Shown here piece by piece: positions 38,632-49,045 of a stretch of DNA of 64,000 bases. Within the stretch, counting starts at the first letter, position 1. Each line of letters opens with the position of its first letter. Source of the DNA: an uncultured Gemmatimonadota bacterium (GTDB lineage Bacteria; JAAXHH01; JABIQT01); the NCBI GenBank assembly GCA_964470965.1, contig CAYYIS010000010.1, forward strand, positions 25,581 through 89,580, in the 5' to 3' direction. Below the pieces are notes generated by a model. That model was given only the letters and a program-made list of their open reading frames with translations. It searched no databases and was not told where the DNA came from. The position numbers and the translations under genes were made by a program.

Positions 38632-41600
38632 TCACTTAACTACTGCGATTTTGAATACTCCAGTCTGAGACGATGTAGTATCACTCGCCTCTACACGGCC
38701 CAGGTAAACACCGCTGGCGATGTCGCCGATGTTCCAACGCACCTCGTTCTGGTTTTGAAACCCTGTCCCTTTGAATGATGTGACCAAATCACCGGCCAGG
38801 GTATAGATCTGGATTCGAACCTGCGCATCACGGCGTAACTGATACCTGATGCCGGTGGATCCGCTGTTGACCGGGTTAGGATAGCAGAATACGGACGGGA
38901 GCACAAGCAGGTCCCCAGTACTGCCTGAGGGGGCCTGCGAGATGGTGCTTGAGGCGCCGGAGCGGCGTGCGTCGTGAGCCAACATGGGCCAGGGCAGTGC
39001 GCCGGGATTGCCACGAAACGTCCAGAGATGGGCGAAACCGTCGTCCGAGCCTGCTACGACGGCGATGTCTCCATCACCTGTAAGGTCGCCCAGGGCCGGC
39101 GAGGAATCGACTGCGCCACTAGTCCCCAGCGGAAATCCGGCGGCGGGGCTGCCATTTTTCTGATAGCCTGCGATCGTGCCGTTGGGCAGCCCCACGATGA
39201 TTTCGGGCACCAGGTCGCCATTCAGGTCGCCGATCGCAGGTGCTGAATTGATGAAGCCTAGGGGATTCACCGGATCGACCAGCACCGGGAAATTAGCCAT
39301 CCGCGTACCGTTGCCATGCCAGGCTGCAATTATATTTTTACCGGATACGACTACCTCGGGAAGACCGTCACCGTCTAAATCCCCGACGGCCGGCGGGGCG
39401 GACAGGTTCGTGCCTGCTAGTACTGGCCATCCTGACTTGACTACACCACCCGCATTCCATGCCGAGACGGTACCGTCCGAGCCGGCCACGATCACGTCGA
39501 ACGCACCATCACCATCCAGGTCGGCGATAACAGGTGTGGATGCTCGTCCTGTTGCAGATGTAGAAGCACTCCAGAGGATATTGCCTACGGCATCGGTGAC
39601 CACAATACGGCCTTTGTCCGAAGTCGTCGTCGTCACGACAATTTCGTCCAAACCATCACCGTCCAGGTCCGCCGATGCGGGCGGTTCGGTTATACCTTCG
39701 CCGGCTATTTGTGCGAGGGAGATGGAGAACAGGGTTGTTCCATCGTGCCGTAGACCGATCAACCCTCCTACCGAAGTGCCGACCACGATGCCCGAATGCG
39801 TCGATCCAATGCGGAACAGCGCCGGGCTTGTCAACGCACTCTGCGGGCCGATTAAGGATTGCTGGATCACCTGGACCGGAAAACCGGGTTTCGTGTCGGC
39901 GAGCCCGTCCGTGTCATTATCCACCGCCGTCCATGCGAAGACACGTTCCGTATCGGTGCTTATTATTTCAGTGGCACCGTCGCTATCGAGATCGGCTACT
40001 GCCGGGGCATTGAAAAAGGAGCCTGTCCGTTCGGCGAACACGGCCGCCGGTGTCGAGACCGTATCCCCTTCGAATGTGATCGTCTTCACCACTCTGGCGT
40101 TCGGAATCAATTTAGATCCGTCATACTGCCAGACGTACAGTTTGCCGTCCGGTGACGCCATCAGTATCTCGGCAAAGCCGTCGTTGTTAACATCTGCCAG
40201 AACCGGAGATCGTGAGTCCGCTTCTCCTCCGATGGCGACCGGCCAGCCAGTGCTTACATGCTGGCGTGTCACCGTTACATCCATGACAGGTAATGCTGGA
40301 CTCTCGATGCGGATTGACACATGACTATCTCCGCCGGAATAATGCCGACTGTCCGGGGTCGTATCCACATTGAAAAGGGTGTTGTTGCCTTCGAGATACA
40401 GATCTTTCGCTGAACTGGCTCCGATAGAGAGTCCAAGATCCTGGATGCCATCCGCCTCTTCGAGATCAAGAAAACGGTGGGTTTCATCCCATTGCAGGGC
40501 ATTCTCAATCCAGTTTGTCACACCGTTCCCGTTAAAATCACCGAAAGCTACGTTTTCATCAACATGCCAGATGAGGACACCTGATCCGGGTAAAAGATAA
40601 TCGTATTCCAGATTGGGCTGTTTGTTGATGTCCGAGGGACCGACGACGATACCATCAACAAAGTTCAGGTATGCCACGCCGTCTCCGTCCAGATCCGTCT
40701 GCCTGTTTTCGATCAGAAAGTATTCACCCGGTGCGATAGGTACTCGGATGGCCTTGGTACCTGTTGCCTGGGAATTTGCAGTCAGCAACGTGATGGCAAC
40801 GGAATCAGAGTTGACCTCAACAGGGGTTAACCACCCGAGAAAAGCACGGGTCCATGCACTGAAGTAGACGGGCATGATACCTGTAACGATCTGCTGTCCT
40901 GACTCACCGATATCCACGGTGCCGGACTCCAGATCCATAAGGTCGAACGTGCCCACGCCCGGTGCATAACTAAACGTGCTATACAGGTCTGGCAGACCGA
41001 GCTGGTGCCCGAATTCATGGGCCAGTGTCACGTTCAATGCACCGAGATTACTGTCCTGCGAAGTCGTTTCCGGCATCAGAATCATTTCGCGTATCTCCAC
41101 GGTGCCTTCGTCGACACGGATCGGAGGCCGTTCGTCACCGATCCGCAGGAAGCCGGATTGAAGATCACTGGGACTGTCTTGAAGGCGATCGTGCTGTAGA
41201 TCGGAGCCGGCATGGAAGATAATGAAAGTGTCGTATTTGGAGAAATCGATGGTGGAATCATGATCGGCCGCAACGAAGGTATCAGTCACGAAATCCACCA
41301 AACGCTCCAGTTTTAAGGGATCGAAGAAATCCACGTCCGGACTGTAGTATTCCATCTGATGCGGCAACGTGAAAGCGGCCTCCAATTCATTCGGTACCAC
41401 ACGGGCGGTCGTGCTGAACTGACCGTAGGAAACCGCCTCGTAATAGGCATTCATTGCCGTCAGGTGGCGTTCAAAATAACGCCGGTCATGGGGCGCCTGA
41501 TCGATGACATGGCCTTCTTCCTGTTCAAAATCCGACGGAGTCCTGTAGTCGAACCGGCCGTTTCCGGTCGTCTTTTCCGTCACGTCTACAGGGAAGTCCA

Positions 41601-41877
41601 CACGTATGGCGAGGATGCGCAGCGACAAAGGCGTGACCTTTGTGCCAAGAGGACGGGGCAGGCTGTATGGCGTGGGGCGGTCGATATCCAGAAGATTCCT
41701 GCGCGAGACCTGATGTCTCCGCAGCATCCATCCGGAGGGGTATTGTGGAGATGTCATTTCCGTAACGGGCTGTATCCGCTTAATCTGTCCGGCATGTAGA
41801 TCGGTAATCGCAAATCCGGTCAGAATGAAAGGAAGACAGAGCACCAGCAACCAGTTCTGTAATTGATCAGGTATCAA
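38632..41877 (-). CDS. M6-family (immune inhibitor A-like) zinc metalloprotease with FG-GAP/VCBS repeats and a type IX secretion C-terminal sorting domain
   Basis: HEFGHQLGLPDLY; repeated DxDGDG FG-GAP-like segments; C-terminal about 80 aa beta-sandwich ending VYLGRVEASD...GVFKIAVVK, typical of a T9SS CTD. Confidence 0.75.
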   Translation of the reverse strand: MIPDQLQNWLLVLCLPFILTGFAITDLHAGQIKRIQPVTEMTSPQYPSGWMLRRHQVSRRNLLDIDRPTPYSLPRPLGTKVTPLSLRILAIRVDFPVDVTEKTTGNGRFDYRTPSDFEQEEGHVIDQAPHDRRYFERHLTAMNAYYEAVSYGQFSTTARVVPNELEAAFTLPHQMEYYSPDVDFFDPLKLERLVDFVTDTFVAADHDSTIDFSKYDTFIIFHAGSDLQHDRLQDSPSDLQSGFLRIGDERPPIRVDEGTVEIREMILMPETTSQDSNLGALNVTLAHEFGHQLGLPDLYSTFSYAPGVGTFDLMDLESGTVDIGESGQQIVTGIMPVYFSAWTRAFLGWLTPVEVNSDSVAITLLTANSQATGTKAIRVPIAPGEYFLIENRQTDLDGDGVAYLNFVDGIVVGPSDINKQPNLEYDYLLPGSGVLIWHVDENVAFGDFNGNGVTNWIENALQWDETHRFLDLEEADGIQDLGLSIGASSAKDLYLEGNNTLFNVDTTPDSRHYSGGDSHVSIRIESPALPVMDVTVTRQHVSTGWPVAIGGEADSRSPVLADVNNDGFAEILMASPDGKLYVWQYDGSKLIPNARVVKTITFEGDTVSTPAAVFAERTGSFFNAPAVADLDSDGATEIISTDTERVFAWTAVDNDTDGLADTKPGFPVQVIQQSLIGPQSALTSPALFRIGSTHSGIVVGTSVGGLIGLRHDGTTLFSISLAQIAGEGITEPPASADLDGDGLDEIVVTTTTSDKGRIVVTDAVGNILWSASTSATGRASTPVIADLDGDGAFDVIVAGSDGTVSAWNAGGVVKSGWPVLAGTNLSAPPAVGDLDGDGLPEVVVSGKNIIAAWHGNGTRMANFPVLVDPVNPLGFINSAPAIGDLNGDLVPEIIVGLPNGTIAGYQKNGSPAAGFPLGTSGAVDSSPALGDLTGDGDIAVVAGSDDGFAHLWTFRGNPGALPWPMLAHDARRSGASSTISQAPSGSTGDLLVLPSVFCYPNPVNSGSTGIRYQLRRDAQVRIQIYTLAGDLVTSFKGTGFQNQNEVRWNIGDIASGVYLGRVEASDTTSSQTGVFKIAVVK

Positions 41878-41984
41878 GGGCTAAACCGCAGAACTTTCCT
41901 GCATGAGGTAGAGAGCGTGTGGGATTGTGGTGGTGTGGGAACCATTCTAATTTTTTCCTCCCCCTCCCACATCTTTTCTCAAAA

Positions 41985-42959
41985 CTAAAATCCGACAGTG
42001 ACCGAAAACTTGGTAATATCCTGGAGCGTTGAGCTGGTTATATAACTGAAATCGATCCGGTACAGACGCCATTGGAGTCCGCCACCGAATGTTGGAGTTT
42101 TGATATTCCCGGCTTTATCATAAATGTATCCGCCACGCAGGGCCACAAAGTTACTGTACCAGTACTCAGCGCCGATATTGGACACAGACTCCCGGAGCGT
42201 CTTTACCGCGCTACCTGTCTCCAGCCCCTTGTTGAAATCATACGCGAGCATCAGTCGGTTGTGTTCACGGTTCAGCAACTGCGCAGCGAATCCAACCTTG
42301 AGTGTTCTGGGAAGAGGATCACCTTGATCCGCATCGATGAATGTAATTTTCGGCCCAAGGTTCTGAATGGCGCCGCCGAGGGTAATCCTTTCATGGAGTT
42401 TGTAGGTCGCCCCTACATCCACCGCAAATGTGGTGGCAGTTCCCCGCCCTTGCTGGGCACCGGCGCTGAACGGTGACAATTTGTTGTATATAACTTTTAG
42501 GTTGGTACCCAGCCCCAGCACATCGCCGATGCGTGTGCCATACGACAGGCTCACCGCCACATCGAAGCTGCTGATCGTTCCGATGCCGTTGCCGCTTTCA
42601 TCGGTCGCCGGTTGTTCACCTAGCGAGAGGTACGGAACACTGATGCCGAACGTCCCGATACCCTCTACGGGATGTGCATAAGCAAAATACAGATAGTACA
42701 TGTCGTTAAACTGGAAATACGGAAGCCATTTGAAGTAGTTGCCCACGAACTCACGGGAATTCGTAAAACCAAGCGCGCCCGGGTTCCAGGCGGCCGCCAT
42801 GGCGCCCGAGGCGTGGGCTACACCGGTCTCACCCATACCGGATGAACGTGCGTCCGGAGCGATGCGTAGGAATAATGCTCCGGCCTGACTCTGGGCAAAT
42901 GCGTTGCTGGTCGGAAACATCAACAGAGCACAAACGAGACATGGGATAAAACGTTTCAT
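41985..42959 (-). CDS. T9SS outer-membrane beta-barrel protein (PorV/LptO-like or PorP/SprF-like), located directly downstream of porU
   Basis: Signal peptide; N-terminal RIAPDARSSGMGETGVAHASGAMAAAWNPGALGF motif; C-terminal aromatic residue; synteny with PorU. Confidence 0.55.
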   Translation of the reverse strand: MKRFIPCLVCALLMFPTSNAFAQSQAGALFLRIAPDARSSGMGETGVAHASGAMAAAWNPGALGFTNSREFVGNYFKWLPYFQFNDMYYLYFAYAHPVEGIGTFGISVPYLSLGEQPATDESGNGIGTISSFDVAVSLSYGTRIGDVLGLGTNLKVIYNKLSPFSAGAQQGRGTATTFAVDVGATYKLHERITLGGAIQNLGPKITFIDADQGDPLPRTLKVGFAAQLLNREHNRLMLAYDFNKGLETGSAVKTLRESVSNIGAEYWYSNFVALRGGYIYDKAGNIKTPTFGGGLQWRLYRIDFSYITSSTLQDITKFSVTVGF

Positions 42960-43030
42960 GATTTACTCCTTTCGGTGATGGTAATATAACAAGGTTGCTT
43001 TTGAGGTCCAAATCATTATATACGGTGGCG

Positions 43031-46000
43031 TTAACGGACAACTACAAGTCGTCCGAACACGGAGGCTGCTTTCCGGTCCGGCGTGTGAGAACGAGCGGTG
43101 ATTTTATAGAGATAGGCACCGTTAGCCAGGAAGTCGCCATCCCGGTCGGTGCCCTCCCAATCGACCTGGTTAAATCCTCTTAACCCGGTAATATTGCTGA
43201 ACGAACGGACCAGGGTTCCGGCTACGGTATAAACATGTACAGTTACTTCGGCGTCCTGCGTTAGTTCGAAGGTGAATGTGGTCGCCTTATCGAACGGGTT
43301 TGGGTAGTTCATCACATCTGTTATCCTCAGGTCCACGTCCTCTACCACTGTGAGCGTCAGGGTGATGGCAGATGAATTGTTAAAATTGTCCCAGGCCCGG
43401 ATAGTAACCGGATGATCACCGGGCGATAGCCCGGGAATCTGATACTGCACGCTACCTCGTTGGAAGCTTCCCGTATTATAGGTGAACAGGTCGGTAACAT
43501 CCTGCCTGGTCTTGCTGTTTCTGTCAGTTTGAACCGTGATTTGATGCCCTACTTCTCCCGTGATGTTGATACCGCTTTCGTCGAACAGGTTGATCGTCAG
43601 CATGGGCGATGTTGCGGCGAAATCACCATCTGCAAAGGGGTTTCCTGCCACCAGAACTTCGATATCAGGTCCGATGGAATCGTTGAATGCCGGATCCGCG
43701 CCTCGCAGCGGTAGGAGATCGATCGCCCCGGAGGCGTCGGCACGCCCGTCGGTGGCGTAGACGGACACACGTCCCAGGTTGCCGCCATAGGTGATGTCCC
43801 GTGGCACGATAAATGAAGCGGTGAACCGTCCCATATCTATGCCTACCGATCCGCGGAACACATCTGCCCCCATAAGCTGGTAGGCTATCTGTCCTCCGGC
43901 TTGGGTTACGAAAATCACCTCCTGAGCCGAGTCGAATGTCCGTACAAACGCGGTCCCGTCGAACACCTGATCCAGCTGCCCGTTTTTTAGGACTTCCCCT
44001 TTTACAACCGCAGTGTGGAGCACCTTCAACGTATCCGTTGAATCCGATGTGAACCGGATAGGCTGCGATGGGATACCCAGTCGCATAGCCGGGTCTCCGA
44101 ACAGAACGTACTTCTCACTGTTCTCCCGGTTTACGGTGCCTATTTTGGCCCGCAGGAGTGCGCTGCCGATAGGCAGATTCTGGTTCAGAAGACCGTCATA
44201 GAGAATCCGATTCAAACGCTCATTGGGCGAGGGAAACGAAAGCCGTGTGGCGCCGATAAATCCCACAGCACCTTTACCGTCCACGCGCAAGAAATCCTCC
44301 GCCATCGCCTCTTCATTGATCAGGTCGAATCGCCCGGCGGTGCAGGTAGCGGTGACGAAGATCGGCAGCCTACTGCCGTTTTGGATGGACGGCAGGTCGC
44401 GCGCGGTGTTGAACACCCGTTCATGCGCCCATAGATTCGCTGCGCCGTGGCCGATCCAGTTTACCAACAATGCCCCTTCGTTGATCCGGCCGATCAGTGC
44501 ATCGCGGGCACCGGGTTTTTCTCCGGCGGCATCCAGTGGGTACTCTGTCAGATAAATTCTTTCAACTTGGAATGATCCCGGTATTTCACGATTGGCCAAC
44601 CGCTCCGAGGACCCTATATGGTACGGCTCCTCGAAGGTAACCCCCGGCGTCCGTTCATCGTCGGACGTCAGAACGATCGTATTTCGCCAAACGCCAAATT
44701 CAGGCGCCGTATCGTATGCGATAATTTTACCGATAACCGCCTCCCCCTGTGCAACCGACTGTATCGGCAGTCTGCCGATGGCCATATCGGGGAAGATGTC
44801 GTTTTCCACGAGAGGATCGTTGTTTCCGTCGAAGTACACGAACCAGTCGTCCGTGCACCGGTTTCCCTGCTCGAACGGTGGAATCCAGAGCCCTTTACTC
44901 GAACGAGAATGATTCTTGTAATCGAAGTTTCCATCGCCTACCAGTAGCGCGAATTCAGGAGGCTCCGGAGAGGACCAGTTCAATGCTGTATAGCGCAGAA
45001 AATCTCGGATCGCGGTCGGATCGGTCAGGCCCCAGGAGAACTCGTCGTACACGTCCGAAATCGTTGTCACATACACCTGCAACCCGGAATAAGATTCCCG
45101 GTGGGCATGGAGCAATTCCACCACTTCTGAAAAATCAGCGTGAGTTATGATGATGTAATCGGCTCGGTTAGCCGCATCCCTCAAGCCGCTTGGAACATCC
45201 CTTGCAACCGATACCGGTTGTTTCCAGTGCTCCGGCGTAACCATCCGATACCGGGCTGGTCCATCTACACCTATCGAATCCTGGAATGCCCCTCCAGTCT
45301 CGGTGGTAATCCGAGTCAAATAAAATGGGTCAGTGATGTCGAATGTTTCTGAATCACCGGACGCACCTGTTACCTGATACCGGACTGTTGGCCCGCTTGC
45401 GAGGGGATCCTGCTCAATTTCCCTATCTCCGTCGCTCGCGTTGAGAGACGTCCAGTAGGAAAACTCGAACCAGTCGAAATACACATGATCTGGCTGACTC
45501 GCACTCTGATTGTTTCGTGGCACCACGATGCGGATTTCGTTATTGCCCTCCCGGAGCCAGGATCCCGACCCCGAAATGATGACCGGAATCGATTCTCCGC
45601 TCCAGAAGCGTTCACCGACGAACTGGTCGTTGATGAAGACCTGTACATGGTGAGCAAACCGGGTTTTGCCCTGGAGACGGAACCGTGCAGTCATCTGTCC
45701 GTTTCGGGCTACATCAGCCAGGCTGACCTGAAAAGTCGCCTCCTCACGGAACGCCCCATCGAGTTGTTGCCAGAACCATTCGGTGCCTGAATCCAGCGGG
45801 TTGATTATCTCACGCTCTTCATGAAGCCGCGCGGGGGAATCAATCTGTGTGGTTCCACCGGTTGCCCTTCCGTCCCGTGTGGGGATACGCCGGCCGGCGC
45901 CCACACCGGTATTCAGCCAGTAGACATTGGTGTCGGTGTACGGATTAGTGAAGAAAGAGAATGAGCTATTTGACTGATCGTAGCCCCATCCGTTCAGAGC

Positions 46001-47035
46001 ACTGGCATAAAATACCACGTGGTCGCCGTCATCGAACCGACCGTCGGATTCGCCGGTCACCTGGACAGCCATCTCTCTGAGTTCCGGCCTCGGAGCGTCC
46101 ACATCCTGGGGGAGCGTGCGGCCGCCGCCATTGAATATTCGGATCGTCCGGGGATCCAGGTTTGCGACATTTAATCCTCCGGCTTCCAACGTTTCTCTGT
46201 CGAGCCGGTAGAAACCGGCCTCGGACAGCGTGATTTTGTACCATTCACCTGGGCCGAACGAATTGACACGCCGCGGTGGTGACACAGTCCTGGTGCGTCG
46301 CCATGACAGAGCTACCTGCGCATTTATGATGGTCGTGTCGAACACGGAGGAGAGACGGTCGTTTCCCGGTCTGGTCGCCGGTAAAATGGTTCCGGAAGGC
46401 GAGTTGAATCGAATGTCGATCCGGATACGGCCGTAAACCCGGATACGGCTGTCAACGGCGCTGAATGAGACAGGGGCAAGTGCAATCGGCAGCACGTGTA
46501 GGCCGCGCAGAACACCGGTTGTACCAACTTCGACGGGATTCGATGGCGTAAAACCGGATGTGTAGTAGCCATCCGGATCGAGTTGCACGGACGTCTTATC
46601 TAACGAAAGCGGCGGTGCAGGAGCAAGGCGGTAACCGGATTGTTCCAAGTACGGCGATTCGACTACGGTAACGGATGGAACGGCATCTGATGGCAGACCG
46701 ATGAGCACCTGACGAAGAGGGATCTGAGGACGTCCCTGTTGTGTCGTCGTAGTGCAGCCGTCGATGGTCAGCACGTCAAACAACTCTCCGTACAGTGACA
46801 ACGTATCACGGTGCACCGGTGCCGGTACATACTCGAACGTCACCCCCGTAGCGTCGGAACGTACCAGGCGGATATCGTCATTGATCGATGCGTGAAGGGA
46901 ATCAGGAAAAATGGCCGGTAGAAGCAGGCACATCGCCAGGATGGGGTACAGCAGAATCCATAAAAAAACCGGACGCCTTCGTTCACGATAAAACATTAGA
47001 CGGTCCGGTAGCAGCTGCCGTTTCAACATCTTCAT
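43031..47035 (-). CDS. porU: T9SS C-terminal signal peptidase PorU-like protein (C25 gingipain-family cysteine peptidase) with its own CTD
   Basis: C25 catalytic His (NWIGHGAANLW) and Cys (IFVTATCTAGRFD); 1334 aa; C-terminal T9SS-like beta-sandwich; adjacent to PorV-like. Confidence 0.7.
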   Translation of the reverse strand: MKMLKRQLLPDRLMFYRERRRPVFLWILLYPILAMCLLLPAIFPDSLHASINDDIRLVRSDATGVTFEYVPAPVHRDTLSLYGELFDVLTIDGCTTTTQQGRPQIPLRQVLIGLPSDAVPSVTVVESPYLEQSGYRLAPAPPLSLDKTSVQLDPDGYYTSGFTPSNPVEVGTTGVLRGLHVLPIALAPVSFSAVDSRIRVYGRIRIDIRFNSPSGTILPATRPGNDRLSSVFDTTIINAQVALSWRRTRTVSPPRRVNSFGPGEWYKITLSEAGFYRLDRETLEAGGLNVANLDPRTIRIFNGGGRTLPQDVDAPRPELREMAVQVTGESDGRFDDGDHVVFYASALNGWGYDQSNSSFSFFTNPYTDTNVYWLNTGVGAGRRIPTRDGRATGGTTQIDSPARLHEEREIINPLDSGTEWFWQQLDGAFREEATFQVSLADVARNGQMTARFRLQGKTRFAHHVQVFINDQFVGERFWSGESIPVIISGSGSWLREGNNEIRIVVPRNNQSASQPDHVYFDWFEFSYWTSLNASDGDREIEQDPLASGPTVRYQVTGASGDSETFDITDPFYLTRITTETGGAFQDSIGVDGPARYRMVTPEHWKQPVSVARDVPSGLRDAANRADYIIITHADFSEVVELLHAHRESYSGLQVYVTTISDVYDEFSWGLTDPTAIRDFLRYTALNWSSPEPPEFALLVGDGNFDYKNHSRSSKGLWIPPFEQGNRCTDDWFVYFDGNNDPLVENDIFPDMAIGRLPIQSVAQGEAVIGKIIAYDTAPEFGVWRNTIVLTSDDERTPGVTFEEPYHIGSSERLANREIPGSFQVERIYLTEYPLDAAGEKPGARDALIGRINEGALLVNWIGHGAANLWAHERVFNTARDLPSIQNGSRLPIFVTATCTAGRFDLINEEAMAEDFLRVDGKGAVGFIGATRLSFPSPNERLNRILYDGLLNQNLPIGSALLRAKIGTVNRENSEKYVLFGDPAMRLGIPSQPIRFTSDSTDTLKVLHTAVVKGEVLKNGQLDQVFDGTAFVRTFDSAQEVIFVTQAGGQIAYQLMGADVFRGSVGIDMGRFTASFIVPRDITYGGNLGRVSVYATDGRADASGAIDLLPLRGADPAFNDSIGPDIEVLVAGNPFADGDFAATSPMLTINLFDESGINITGEVGHQITVQTDRNSKTRQDVTDLFTYNTGSFQRGSVQYQIPGLSPGDHPVTIRAWDNFNNSSAITLTLTVVEDVDLRITDVMNYPNPFDKATTFTFELTQDAEVTVHVYTVAGTLVRSFSNITGLRGFNQVDWEGTDRDGDFLANGAYLYKITARSHTPDRKAASVFGRLVVVR

Positions 47036-47298
47036 CTATCACGCACCAGGTTACAGATTCTGTGTGACCCTAGGTATATTACCAAAGGGCAAACGATGTA
47101 AATTCCAAAATTACAAGTGAATCAAAAAAACCCTAGCGCTTGATAATAGGCGATGCTCCTGACGATGTTGAAACTTGCGATAAGTTATTATTACGAATCC
47201 TAAAACAATATATGATTGTGACGAATAATGTCAAGGTCTATTGCGAGGCCTTTCCATTGACGCTATTCACAATATACCACACAGCATTTGCGATTGTC

Positions 47299-47314
47299 TG
47301 TGATGATGGTCACA
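47299..47314. promoter_or_regulatory. Perfect CRP/FNR-superfamily-type palindrome TGTGA-N6-TCACA in the porU upstream region. An adjacent 13-nt palindrome cctgtggcacagg lies at 47319-47331.
   Basis: tgtgatgatggtcaca read directly; an additional TGTGA half-site is at 47063-47067. Confidence 0.35.
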
Positions 47315-47743
47315 CAGTCCTGTGGCACAGGTGTGAGAGACTTGAAGGCCTTTATCGGGATTTCAACCCGGCCAAATTCAAAAAAGCTCATGTCGATGGC
47401 AGTCGGTTGCACCGACGCTTACCCATCAACAGTCCCGGATATTAGGATCTTTCCGGCCTTGGGGAGTTGCGGGGTATCGAAATGGTAAAGATCCCGGAAT
47501 CGAATCCGCCCATCGAGGTGGTTTTCTTTGGTGTCCCGTTCCTGTATTTACCGCCGCGGGATCTGCGGTCGTTCCGGAAGCCCCGTTTGGATTTCGACCT
47601 CTGGAAACAGGTGTGGTGTGGTTTTGAGGCGCCCATGTATTCCTGTGTTCTGCAGAGACTCTGCAAGATGAAGCCACCGAATATGGCCGTATATTCGGCC
47701 TGGCACCCTGAATCGCCGAAGACGTTCTGGAAATAGTTCAACG

Positions 47744-48865
47744 TTACTTCTTTCCCTTCGTCCACTGCGGCACATTGACCCATCTGCGGGTAGTGGCGGC
47801 TTCGACGATGGATTCGGCGACCACCTGGGCGCGCATGCCGTGGTAGAATGACGGCAGGCACTCGCGGCCTTCGCGTATAGCGGAGACGAATTCCCAGGCC
47901 TGATCATACCGGAATGTCTCTACCGGGTCACCCCTGTTGGGATTCCGAGGTGAGCCGGGGCGTTTCAGGAATTCATCCGGTACGGTGCGGCGTGTATACG
48001 GCTGGCCCTGCGGCGCTATCAGAATCGCATGGGGCGTGTGCAGTTGGTACACAACGGACGCCTCGCTACCGTTGATTTCGCACAGATCGTGCCCACCGTC
48101 CGGCCCTCTTCCCTTGGTCAATTTTCCCATTTCAAACACACCTGTGGCGCCGGATTCGAATTCTGAAATCCAGGCGACCCAGTCTTCCACATCCTGGGGT
48201 TCGCAGGCCTTTCCGTCCTTCGTATGGTCCCGGGATACGATGCGTTTCATGGCACCGCACACGGAATGGATCGGCCCGAGCAGATCTTCAGCGAAATCGA
48301 TCCTGTGGATACCCATATCTCCGAGTTCCCCTGTGCCGGCAGCCGTCTTATACTGGCGCCATCCGATCGATGTCTCTCCCCAGTCCTGTAGTCTTTGAAA
48401 GCGCGCATGACGGATCTCACCGAGGGCGCCGGCATCCACGAGCGATTTGATGTACGTCAGACCCGGCACAAAACGGTAGGTAAAAGCGGTCATATGTCTC
48501 ACACCGGCACTGCGCCCCGCATCGTACATCTCCACGGTTTCCGGCACGGTCATTCCGAGTGGTTTTTCACACAGTACATGACAGCCTGACTCTATGGCCT
48601 GCAGCACGAGTTTGCGATGGTAGATGTTGGGCACGGCAATGGCGACCGCATCCGGATTGACCTCCCGAAAAAACTGTCGGACATCCTTATACGCTGCTTT
48701 GATATCCCATTCTGCTTTACGTTTTGCCAAAAGATCCGCGTCGGGATCGCAGAGGCCGGTGATTTCCACACCCGGTATGCCTGAAAATCCCGGATAATGC
48801 ACCTGGCCACAGACTCCACCCAGACCTACGAAACCCACACGCAAAGTATCATTCGTCATGGCCAC
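47744..48865 (-). CDS. Gfo/Idh/MocA-family NAD(P)-dependent oxidoreductase
   Basis: LRVGFVGLGGVCGQVHYPG Rossmann N-terminus; conserved EKP motif (CEKPLGM). Confidence 0.85.
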   Translation of the reverse strand: MAMTNDTLRVGFVGLGGVCGQVHYPGFSGIPGVEITGLCDPDADLLAKRKAEWDIKAAYKDVRQFFREVNPDAVAIAVPNIYHRKLVLQAIESGCHVLCEKPLGMTVPETVEMYDAGRSAGVRHMTAFTYRFVPGLTYIKSLVDAGALGEIRHARFQRLQDWGETSIGWRQYKTAAGTGELGDMGIHRIDFAEDLLGPIHSVCGAMKRIVSRDHTKDGKACEPQDVEDWVAWISEFESGATGVFEMGKLTKGRGPDGGHDLCEINGSEASVVYQLHTPHAILIAPQGQPYTRRTVPDEFLKRPGSPRNPNRGDPVETFRYDQAWEFVSAIREGRECLPSFYHGMRAQVVAESIVEAATTRRWVNVPQWTKGKK

Positions 48866-49045
48866 TCCCTTAAAGGTATTTGGGATGATGGATGAAAGAT
48901 GAACCCCTCAAGGTTCGCTGAAGTCCGTGGCGCAAGCAGTCAATTCCCTGTTTAACATGCCAGGTGCTGCCCTTGTGATTATAGAAACAGGCAATGCCCC
49001 GTTGGACTATCCCAACTTTCATCCTCCTGCCCTCATATTCCTACC

